Shown here: positions 1 through 7,210 of the stretch, piece after piece
Position numbering within the stretch: position 1 is the first letter of the stretch
Layout: every line of letters starts with the position of its first letter
Origin: a virus
Taxonomy: Duplodnaviria; Caudoviricetes
Length of the DNA stretch: 35,848 bases
Strand: one strand, 5' to 3'
Virus record (IMG/VR): IMGVR_UViG_3300046832_000060
Location: 1 to 35,848 of that record
Translations under genes and position numbers: made by a program
The notes under the pieces: generated by a model
Told to the model about the DNA's origin: nothing
What the model saw: only the letters and a program-made list of their open reading frames with translations
Databases searched by the model: none

Positions 1-155
1 TTATGTTTTCCTTGTCTTTGATATTGTTTAGATAATAAGATACGTTAGGCGCTGTCCACGTGCTTCCTGAGTACGTTTTAACGCCTAGTTCATTGAGCTT
101 CTTTGCGATGTTGCGACATGATGCTCGGCCACAATTTTCCATGGCCAAGTCAAAC
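1..155. repeat. Terminal direct repeat, left copy (probable circular-assembly overlap)
   Basis: Identical to 35694-35848 except position 29 (T) versus 35722 (G). Confidence 0.95.
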
Positions 156-676
156 ATAGGTTTGATCTTTAATGCGTAGGCTATCTTAACTTTGGCTTGT
201 GCTTGACCGCCTTTGACAGCTATGACTCTCATCATCTCTCTAGGTGCGCCAAGTTTAACGCCTCTTGCTTTGGCGGCCATTAACGCATTGCGCGTATTGA
301 TTGAGATTTGTCGCCTTGTTTCTTCATTTAATACAGCTCGAATATGTAATTCAAAAATACTAGCTTCGGGCGTTTCCGCTATGGTAAGCGGCACCTTCTT
401 TTCCAATAGGCTACTCATCAATGCAACGGATCGAGTAAGTCTACATTGCTTAGCAACAAGTAAACGAGAGCCATTCTCAATTTCCAATAATGCCAACGCC
501 TTGAGCAGCTCAGGCCTATCATTATGAGAGCCGCTCTCGATGTCGGTATATTCTGAGATGATTTCAGCGTTGATGCTGCGGGCGTAGGCGTAGCAAATAG
601 TTCTTTGAGCTTCCAAACCTAGCCCGCTCTCGCCTTGCTTATCAGTTGAAACGCGATAATAAGCTATAAATTTCAT
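1..676 (-). CDS. Serine recombinase (resolvase catalytic domain plus short C-terminal DNA-binding domain); 227 aa after circular joining
   Basis: Translated by hand from ATG at 676: MKFIAYYRVSTDKQGESGLGLEAQ...EYTDIESG...RPEL...LLVAKQCRLTRS...AAKARGVKLG...IAKKLNELGVKT. YxRVS is the catalytic Ser motif. The frame runs off base 1 and stops at TAG 35688-35686. Not in the ORF track. Confidence 0.92.
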   Translation of the reverse strand, partial: MKFIAYYRVSTDKQGESGLGLEAQRTICYAYARSINAEIISEYTDIESGSHNDRPELLKALALLEIENGSRLLVAKQCRLTRSVALMSSLLEKKVPLTIAETPEASIFELHIRAVLNEETRRQISINTRNALMAAKARGVKLGAPREMMRVIAVKGGQAQAKVKIAYALKIKPMFDLAMENCGRASCRNIAKKLNELGVKTYSGSTWTAPNVSYYLNNIKDKENI

Positions 677-679
677 ATA

Positions 680-696
680 TAACCTTTCATGGTTTA
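680..696. repeat. 17-bp direct repeat copy 1 (TAACCTTTCATGGTTTA), includes the recombinase RBS
   Basis: Exact match to 958-974; contains AAAGGT on the - strand. Confidence 0.85.
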
Positions 697-697
697 A

Positions 698-952
698 TTA
701 ATCATTTTTAAAGAATGCATTGCAAGCCATTGCCTTAATAATCAATGGTTCGCTTTCAATAAGTTCTTTTGTGCTTCCGTATTCAATCTCACTATCATCA
801 ATTTGATTAATGATGTACCAGACATCAACATCGCTATAATATTGAATTGTTTTTGTAGACCTACAAAACGGATTAAGCCTTAAAAAAAACTCATTGTATG
901 GGCTATCATCGCAATGCTGCTTTAATACTTCAACGCTATTAATTGCTATCAT
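698..952 (-). CDS. Hypothetical early protein, 84 aa
   Basis: ORF with AAAGGT RBS, co-oriented with the early arm. Confidence 0.7.
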   Translation of the reverse strand: MIAINSVEVLKQHCDDSPYNEFFLRLNPFCRSTKTIQYYSDVDVWYIINQIDDSEIEYGSTKELIESEPLIIKAMACNAFFKND

Positions 953-957
953 GTTAT

Positions 958-974
958 TAACCTTTCATGGTTTA
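958..974. repeat. 17-bp direct repeat copy 2
   Basis: Exact match to 680-696. Confidence 0.85.
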
Positions 975-992
975 TTGGCCAAAATTAGCCCA

Positions 993-1017
993 TAAGGGCG
1001 CTATTTAAACGCCCTTA
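993..1017. other. Intergenic hairpin TAAGGGCG-N9-CGCCCTTA
   Basis: Perfect 8-bp inverted repeat with no clear U-tract. Confidence 0.55.
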
Positions 1018-1026
1018 AAGATAACT

Positions 1027-1113
1027 TTAGAATGCTAGTAATAGAATGAGCCAACAATAAAAACTTATTAACCCTAAAGCTAAATAACAAAAGTTCTTTA
1101 ATAAATTAGTCAT
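1027..1113 (-). CDS. 28-aa hydrophobic peptide MTNLLKNFCYLALGLISFYCWLILLLAF
   Basis: Translated by hand; AAGGGG RBS; fills the gap after the 288-aa gene; one TM-like stretch. Confidence 0.65.
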   Translation of the reverse strand: MTNLLKNFCYLALGLISFYCWLILLLAF

Positions 1114-1123
1114 GATTAGCCCC

Positions 1124-1990
1124 TTAATTTAAACGTAATTGATGCGCTATATTCTCAATTTCAGAATATGGGATTGAATGACAGCCAACAGTTAAAATGC
1201 CATTTTCAAATCTATTAACTGAATAATTGCCTAAATGAATAGAATGATGATCTTTGACATATGAAACGCCCTTTTCATGCCATGACTTAATCAAGCCCCA
1301 AAACTTAACAGCATGATCGAGGGGAATGCGAGCGCCTTTTGTGGTTTCAATTTGATCTTCTTTAATTCTTAATGCTGTAATCTCAAAACGATTGCGCACA
1401 TCTTCACCCTTGCGCCAATTAATAAGCGCTTCCGCTTGCTCTTTAATTCTTTCAGCGCGTCTGATTTTCTCAAGGGCTTTTGCTTCCTTGTCAGCTTTAA
1501 TGGCTAGCTCTTGAAGATCATCAATATCGGGGCATGAGTAGAAAAGGCCAGTAAATAAAGCATATTTTTCTAAATTCTTAATAATGCTGAATGCTTGCCC
1601 GCTGTATAAAGTAGCGTACTTTTTAGACCTTGAAGCCTTAACTAATAAATCGTTGGCTTTGTTGGCGTTTGGTTTTATTACAATCTCCTCAAAGTCTCGT
1701 TGATTGAATACTAGAGAATCAAGGCCACGTCTCGGGATGTCTAAATAAATCTTTTTTGAATAATGGCTTGTTGCTGATTGCATGTAGCCTTGTTGCTTTG
1801 ATGTGGTCACACTGTAGGAATGAGTATTATAAATAACAGTATCACCAATAATTTGAGCAATACATGTTGAATAGCTGTATAACTTGCCATTTTGACAGCT
1901 CATTGAATTGGCGCTTTTACCGATACTAGGATCGGGATCATTTGCCCAGATATGACTTAGTTCTGAATTGCTAGAGTATTTAGTTCTCAT
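1124..1990 (-). CDS. Hypothetical early phage protein, 288 aa
   Basis: Long ORF with RBS, first gene after the leftward promoter; YSxTTSKQQ-type motif familiar from phage hypotheticals. Confidence 0.8.
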   Translation of the reverse strand: MRTKYSSNSELSHIWANDPDPSIGKSANSMSCQNGKLYSYSTCIAQIIGDTVIYNTHSYSVTTSKQQGYMQSATSHYSKKIYLDIPRRGLDSLVFNQRDFEEIVIKPNANKANDLLVKASRSKKYATLYSGQAFSIIKNLEKYALFTGLFYSCPDIDDLQELAIKADKEAKALEKIRRAERIKEQAEALINWRKGEDVRNRFEITALRIKEDQIETTKGARIPLDHAVKFWGLIKSWHEKGVSYVKDHHSIHLGNYSVNRFENGILTVGCHSIPYSEIENIAHQLRLN

Positions 1991-2045
1991 AATTTACCTT
2001 TCAAAGTTTATTAATGATTAATAGATAATAGATATCTACATGCGA

Positions 2046-2074
2046 ACGATAGATGATTAATTTAAAGCTGTCAA
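2046..2074 (-). promoter_or_regulatory. Leftward sigma70-like promoter for the early arm
   Basis: TTGACA-N17-TATCGT on the - strand. Confidence 0.7.
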
Positions 2075-2094
2075 TAGCTTAATGCAATTAATTT

Positions 2095-2103
2095 TGTTAA
2101 AAT
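2095..2103 (+). promoter_or_regulatory. Extended -10 promoter, probably giving a leaderless mRNA
   Basis: TG-T-TAAAAT followed by 6 nt and then the ATG at 2110; no SD sequence. Confidence 0.55.
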
Positions 2104-2109
2104 GCTTAA

Positions 2110-2706
2110 ATGATTGAATCTAAATACAAAATCCCCGAGCAAATAAAGCTAAAGACAGTTAAAAATGAGGATCAAAGGCGCTTCTGTGTGGTTCCTTTGA
2201 AGGCCTTTTTAAATAGAAAAGTAAGCGGGGAGAATCTAAGAGTATTAGCCATATTAGCTAGTTATTGCAATAGAGGCGGTTATTCTTTTGTTAGTCTAAA
2301 GACTATTGCAAAAGATTTGAAGTGCAGCCCTCAAAACATCCTCAAACACTTAAACAAGTTAGAAGCACAAGGCATTATTGAAACTAAGTCAAACTATTTT
2401 CCTATGTTGAAAGGAAATACTAGACGAATTATCTATGATGAAAAGATTAAGGATGATGATTTAAAAGAGCATCAATTCACTAATGCTGATATCAGTGAGA
2501 TATTAAAGACTAACAAAGTTATCAACCAGTTAGAGGATAGCAATGAACCATTGAAGGTTAATCAATCAGCAATTCAGGAAGATGATGACTTAACTAGCTT
2601 GTTTAATACTATAACAAGAGAAGCTGACCTCATATTGGCTGAAAGGCTGTTATCTCAAGGACTAACACCTAAAGAAGTCAGAATCCGCATGGCTCTAGGT
2701 TCATAG
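2110..2706 (+). CDS. Winged HTH protein, phage replication-initiator-like
   Basis: LAILASYCN...SFVSLKTIAKDLKCSPQNILKHLNKLEAQGII resembles the HTH_36-type N-termini of phage replisome organisers. Confidence 0.7.
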   Translation: MIESKYKIPEQIKLKTVKNEDQRRFCVVPLKAFLNRKVSGENLRVLAILASYCNRGGYSFVSLKTIAKDLKCSPQNILKHLNKLEAQGIIETKSNYFPMLKGNTRRIIYDEKIKDDDLKEHQFTNADISEILKTNKVINQLEDSNEPLKVNQSAIQEDDDLTSLFNTITREADLILAERLLSQGLTPKEVRIRMALGS

Positions 2707-3059
2707 AGCATCATACAAGAGGGCTAATGGTTCGTTTAGCATCCTTAAAAAGTAAACGCCTCCAATGACATCCCTTATATAGCAAGAGACTCAAGGCTTA
2801 TTGATTCCCTATGAAACACCTTGCCTAATTCAGAAGGCACATGCTTCCCCTCCCCACCCTCTCATATACCGAGGGGTATCCCACACAAATTTTTCCTACT
2901 TTTTCAAGATGATTGACAACAGATATCTTATCAACATGGTATGTCTTAGCAAAAGCAGACCTTACCTACTGACTGCCTTTATAAATATATAGATTAAATA
3001 CAAACCAAACATTAACGTATCTAGTAGCTTATAGGTAATATAGAGGATCATGTGATAGA

Positions 3060-3311
3060 GTTCGTGCGAATAATAGACCTAACCCGATAATAAACAGTAT
3101 TGTTTAAATTATCTTACTAATCCAGATGGATTGTAGCTTCTCGTTTATCTAGTTTGGATGTAATGCACTACTTCACATCCCCAGTGGTCTGATCCCCGAT
3201 ACTGTTACTTGATCTCATCCGAGAGCAACTTGTAAGGAGAATCCACCGATTAAACACGTTTATCCCTATCTGTCAGCTACTACATTTAGGAAGGCTGGGT
3301 AATGGCCCCGT
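3060..3311 (-). ncRNA. Candidate structured non-coding RNA, family unknown; 3' end approximate
   Basis: Lies downstream of a TTGACT-N17-TATATT promoter; no long ORF; several nested helices whose wobble pairs are G-U only on the - strand. Confidence 0.5.
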
Positions 3312-3317
3312 ATGAGT

Positions 3318-3346
3318 AATATAAGCCATATTTATTTTTAAGTCAA
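3318..3346 (-). promoter_or_regulatory. Leftward sigma70-like promoter
   Basis: TTGACT (3346-3341)-N17-TATATT (3323-3318). Confidence 0.75.
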
Positions 3347-3358
3347 GCGAACATACTA

Positions 3359-3387
3359 TTGACTTGTATATCTATAAGATATATATT
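3359..3387 (+). promoter_or_regulatory. Rightward sigma70-like promoter with an overlapping palindrome
   Basis: TTGACT-N17-TATATT; TATATCT-ATA-AGATATA inverted repeat at 3367-3383; ATG begins at the 7th nt after the -10. Confidence 0.75.
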
Positions 3388-3393
3388 GAGCAT

Positions 3394-3567
3394 ATGAGCA
3401 AAGGATCACAACCTCGACCATTTACTGATAGAGAAATCTTTGAAGCCAACTTCGATAAGATATTTGGTAAGAAGAAACCATCTTCTGTTGAGACAATTAA
3501 AGAATATGAATACGAACTCCATCCTTCTACTGGTAATGTAGAGAAAGTATTTAAAGATGGAAGCTAA
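3394..3567 (+). CDS. Small phage protein (MSKGSQPRP...NFDKIFGK), probably leaderless
   Basis: ATG at 3394 preferred over the track start at 3364, which lies inside the promoter. Confidence 0.75.
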   Translation: MSKGSQPRPFTDREIFEANFDKIFGKKKPSSVETIKEYEYELHPSTGNVEKVFKDGS

Positions 3568-3811
3568 AGAGTGGATGCAATCCATGGCTAAAGCTTTCGG
3601 TAAGTATGAATATAAAGTTAAATACAAAAATGATAAAGGTCAAGTGGAATTAAAGTCACCAGGCTGGCGAGAAGATCCACCTAATCTAAAAGCCTATAAA
3701 GCAATTGATTGTATTTTGCCTGAATTTTTAAGACCTAAGAAAAAAACAGGCCAAAAAGATATTAAGAAGAAAGTAGTCAAGCAATTAACCAAGTATAAGG
3801 AGATAGAATGA
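3557..3811 (+). CDS. Basic hypothetical protein
   Basis: ORF overlapping both neighbours in the operon. Confidence 0.7.
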   Translation: MEAKEWMQSMAKAFGKYEYKVKYKNDKGQVELKSPGWREDPPNLKAYKAIDCILPEFLRPKKKTGQKDIKKKVVKQLTKYKEIE

Positions 3812-3981
3812 GTACCGAACTAAAACCATTCCTAGTAAGATTGACACCCTCTAGTGTTGAACTATTAGATAAAGCAGCTAAAGAACAAGAAAAACCAAAG
3901 GCTAGTATTATTAATGATGCAATTAAAGCATACCTTTCTAAAGGTGGCGATATTAATTCAAGACTGAATAAAATAATTTAA
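3808..3981 (+). CDS. Ribbon-helix-helix (CopG/Arc-like) DNA-binding protein, 57 aa
   Basis: Translated by hand: MSTELKPFLVRLTPSSVELLDKAAKEQEKPKASIINDAIKAYL...; AAGGAG RBS; ATGA and TAATG couplings. Not in the track. Confidence 0.75.
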   Translation: MSTELKPFLVRLTPSSVELLDKAAKEQEKPKASIINDAIKAYLSKGGDINSRLNKII

Positions 3982-4337
3982 TGATATTAGAGCTTCCATA
4001 TCCACCATCAGTGAATACATATTGGAGAGCAAATGGCAAAAGAAGATTCATATCGAAAGAAGGCGTATTATTCAAGACAGCAGTCCAAGCCATCTGCTTT
4101 AGAGACAAAGTGGGATCTTTTGGCGATGCTCGCCTTTCTGTTAATATTTATATTCATCCTAGAAGTAGGCGTATATTTGATCTCGATAATTGCTTGAAGG
4201 CTATTTTAGATGCATTGATGTCAGCGGGTGTGTATGATGACGATTCACAGATAGATATGTTATCAATTGCACGCAGTACACCTAAACCAGGAGGATCAGC
4301 AGTAGTGACTATTAGCGAATATGGAACTAAAGGATAA
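3981..4337 (+). CDS. rusA: RusA-family Holliday junction resolvase
   Basis: LPYPPSVNTYWR, DLDNCLKAILDAL and DDSQI motifs. Confidence 0.92.
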   Translation: MILELPYPPSVNTYWRANGKRRFISKEGVLFKTAVQAICFRDKVGSFGDARLSVNIYIHPRSRRIFDLDNCLKAILDALMSAGVYDDDSQIDMLSIARSTPKPGGSAVVTISEYGTKG

Positions 4338-4506
4338 GTATGTACATGCAGAACCTAGTCCACTTGGTGATAGATTCTGTTCAACATGCTACCAATACAA
4401 GTTTAGTGTCAATGGTAAATGGAAGATTGCAGCACATGGTAAGAATCGCAGATGGATATGCGAAGAATGTATGACGAAAAAAGTAAAACCCACGCCAATT
4501 AAATAA
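4321..4506 (+). CDS. Small zinc-ribbon protein
   Basis: CSTC...CEEC pairs. Confidence 0.65.
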   Translation: MELKDKYVHAEPSPLGDRFCSTCYQYKFSVNGKWKIAAHGKNRRWICEECMTKKVKPTPIK

Positions 4507-4517
4507 AGGAGAATATA

Positions 4518-4784
4518 ATGGCAGAACAAAAAATACGTAAACCAGGAACTGGTGTAGCGTTTATTAACGAGAATAAAAAAGAAGATTGGCATGCAGACTT
4601 CACTGGTGAATTTGCAGACCATGATGGCAATTTATTTTATCTAAATGTATCTAAGAAACTTAGCGGACATTCTGGTATTGAATATATTACTGTATCTTTA
4701 GGCAAACCAAAAGCACTAAAGGCTGCTCCAGCTAATGCAGCAAAGCCAACTTTTGATGACATTCCTGACGATTTACCATTTTAA
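4518..4784 (+). CDS. Small SSB-like protein
   Basis: AAGGAG RBS; acidic C-terminal tail DDIPDDLPF typical of ssDNA-binding proteins. Confidence 0.65.
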   Translation: MAEQKIRKPGTGVAFINENKKEDWHADFTGEFADHDGNLFYLNVSKKLSGHSGIEYITVSLGKPKALKAAPANAAKPTFDDIPDDLPF

Positions 4785-5251
4785 TGGATGAAGTCAAAAA
4801 GAAAAATCCAATCCCTTCTCTTGCTGGCTATGGTGGTGTCCGTAGCTTGCAAAAGAAACTTGAGCGTTCGACTACGCTTCAGCAGAATCGTGAAGCTGTT
4901 AGTTATTCTCTCTTATGTTTGGCGAATACAAAGCTTACTGATATTATGGAATGGGATGAGCAAGGTAATATTAAAGTTAAACCAAGTAAGGATATACCAG
5001 ACCATGCTCTACAGGCCATTAAGTCCATTAAGTCGAATACTAAAGTTGATAAGGAAGGCAATAGTTATACGACTTTGGACATTGAGTTGTGGGATAAAGT
5101 TGGCGTATTGAGGCTATTAGCAAAAGCATCTGGCTTATTAGATAATCCAGAAGAATCCGATAAACCAAGCGTATTAGGTATTAACATACGCGCACCAGAG
5201 ATCATAGATAATGGCGAAACCACAGGACCCGATAACAAAGATACTGAATGA
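4784..5251 (+). CDS. terS: Terminase small subunit
   Basis: IELWDKVGVLRLLAK resembles the TerS C-terminal motif; lies upstream of TerL. Confidence 0.7.
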   Translation: MDEVKKKNPIPSLAGYGGVRSLQKKLERSTTLQQNREAVSYSLLCLANTKLTDIMEWDEQGNIKVKPSKDIPDHALQAIKSIKSNTKVDKEGNSYTTLDIELWDKVGVLRLLAKASGLLDNPEESDKPSVLGINIRAPEIIDNGETTGPDNKDTE

Positions 5252-5513
5252 GCGTCAAGCAACACATGGGGATTATTTGTCTAAATGTGTTTTCATTCAA
5301 ACGACCAAAGAAGCCATGCGGAGTGAAAACGGAAATTGGTATAGATTAGATTCAGATATGCAAGAATCATTAGATATGGTGGTACATAAGATTAGTCGTA
5401 TTCTTTATGGAGATCCATATCATACTGATAACTGGTTAGACATAGCTGGTTATATTATGTTAGTTGGCAATCGTTTAAAACTTGAGGAGGAATTTAATGA
5501 GCGCACCAAATAA
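5211..5513 (+). CDS. DUF6378-like all-alpha protein, possibly nucleotide-related
   Basis: ILNERQATHGD, KISRI and DNWLDIAGY motifs. Confidence 0.7.
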   Translation: MAKPQDPITKILNERQATHGDYLSKCVFIQTTKEAMRSENGNWYRLDSDMQESLDMVVHKISRILYGDPYHTDNWLDIAGYIMLVGNRLKLEEEFNERTK

Positions 5514-5664
5514 TTTAGAAGATCGTATACAAAAGTTACGAGATGCTTATGCATTGAATAACATTTACCAAACGGAGTCATTGCAGATTATTGATGCATT
5601 ACAAGCACAGATCAATGTGCTTAATCAATTGCTAGCTTTAGAAATTAAAGATATAGATGGCTAA
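5497..5664 (+). CDS. Small coiled-coil hypothetical protein
   Basis: ATG at 5497 follows a GAGGAGG RBS. Confidence 0.7.
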   Translation: MSAPNNLEDRIQKLRDAYALNNIYQTESLQIIDALQAQINVLNQLLALEIKDIDG

Positions 5665-7210
5665 CAAAAAGGAAGTATCTCAGAAGTCCCTTCATGGACC
5701 TGGGATTGACTTAGACTTTTCTACAGCACCAACTACATGGAGCTTCTTACAGTCAGATGCATTCGTGCGTGGACTGATGGGACCTGTAGGTTCTGGTAAA
5801 TCCTATGCATGTGCCGCAGAGATTATGATGCGAGCAGTTAGACAAAAGCCATCACCTATTGATGGTATTCGTTATACACGATTTGTCATTGTACGTAACT
5901 CATATCCTGAATTAAAAACCACAACAATTAAAACATGGCAAGATTTATTCCCAGAAAACACTTTTGGTCCGATGCTATATACTCCTCCTATTACTCATCA
6001 CATCAGACTCCCATCAAGGGGTGATGCTGCGGGGATTGATTGTGAAGTAATTTTTTTAGCATTGGATCAACCTAAAGACGTACGTAAACTACTATCACTT
6101 GAACTAACAGGAGCGTGGGTAAATGAAGCTCGTGAACTTCCTAAAGCAGTTATTGACGGACTTACTCATCGTGTGGGTCGATATCCGACACAACGTGATG
6201 GTGGACCTACCTGGCATGGTGTGTGGATGGATACTAATCCAATGGATGATGACCACTGGTGGTTTAAACTAGCAGAGAAAACAAAACTCACTGGCAAGTA
6301 TGCTTGGGATTTCTTTAAACAACCTGGTGGTGTCACAGAAGTAGATCCAGGAAACTTACCAGAGAATCCAGAAGCTAACGATCATATATTTTCTGGTGGT
6401 CGTTGGTGGAAGATTAATCCTAAAGCTGAAAACGTAAGTAACTTACCAGCGGGTTATTACATGCAGATGTTAGGTGGTAAGAACTTAGACTGGATTAAGT
6501 GTTATGCCGAAGGTAAATATACCTATGTTCAAGAAGGTAGACCCGTATGGCCAGAGTATGACGATAGTTCTATGAGTGGTGAAGTCGATTATGATCCTGA
6601 GCATGCATTGCAAGTGGGTCTTGACTTTGGTTTGACACCAGCCGCAGTGGTAGGACAACGATTACCTAATGGCAGATGGATTATTTTAGATGAGATCGTA
6701 ACATTTGACATGGGGCTAGAAAGATTTGGTCAGCAGTTATTGGCAGAACTCAATGCTCGCTACCCTAAAGCACAGATTATGATGTGGGGTGATCCAGCGG
6801 GTATGCAACGAGATGCGATTTATGAGGTTACTGCATTTGATTATCTTAGAACATTAGGTTTACGCGCACAACCTACACCATCGAATGACTTTAAAGTAAG
6901 ACGAGAAGCAGCAGCCGCACCTATGCAAAGACTTATTGCTGGTAAACCTGGTCTTATGATTGCAACTAAATGCAAAATGATACGCAAATCATTAGCGGGC
7001 GGTTACCATTTCAAGCGTGTAGCTGTCGGCGCTGGTCAAGAACGATTTAAAGATGCACCTAACAAGAACGAACACTCTCACGTAGGCGATGCTTTTGGAT
7101 ACTTACTTCTTGGTGGTGGCGAACATAAACGATTAACCAAGAGTCCATTATCTGCATCAACCATTATTGCTCAAACGATAGCTAAGTCTGACTTTAATGT
7201 TTTCGACTGA
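5657..7210 (+). CDS. terL: Terminase large subunit
   Basis: Walker A GPVGSGKS, Walker B-like AWVNEARE, nuclease motif GLDFG, C-terminal HVGDAFGY. Confidence 0.93.
   Translation: MANKKEVSQKSLHGPGIDLDFSTAPTTWSFLQSDAFVRGLMGPVGSGKSYACAAEIMMRAVRQKPSPIDGIRYTRFVIVRNSYPELKTTTIKTWQDLFPENTFGPMLYTPPITHHIRLPSRGDAAGIDCEVIFLALDQPKDVRKLLSLELTGAWVNEARELPKAVIDGLTHRVGRYPTQRDGGPTWHGVWMDTNPMDDDHWWFKLAEKTKLTGKYAWDFFKQPGGVTEVDPGNLPENPEANDHIFSGGRWWKINPKAENVSNLPAGYYMQMLGGKNLDWIKCYAEGKYTYVQEGRPVWPEYDDSSMSGEVDYDPEHALQVGLDFGLTPAAVVGQRLPNGRWIILDEIVTFDMGLERFGQQLLAELNARYPKAQIMMWGDPAGMQRDAIYEVTAFDYLRTLGLRAQPTPSNDFKVRREAAAAPMQRLIAGKPGLMIATKCKMIRKSLAGGYHFKRVAVGAGQERFKDAPNKNEHSHVGDAFGYLLLGGGEHKRLTKSPLSASTIIAQTIAKSDFNVFD

Noticed and set aside
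213-527. 104-aa + strand ORF in the track
   Set aside because: Antisense shadow of the serine recombinase, which has clear family motifs.
2801-2992. 63-aa + strand ORF
   Set aside because: Weak start, no convincing RBS, crosses the C-rich tract; more likely non-coding.
3290-3311. GGGGCC 5' end suggesting tmRNA, tRNA or an HDV-like ribozyme
   Set aside because: No T-loop or CCA acceptor end, no tag ORF, and I could not build the HDV nested double pseudoknot.
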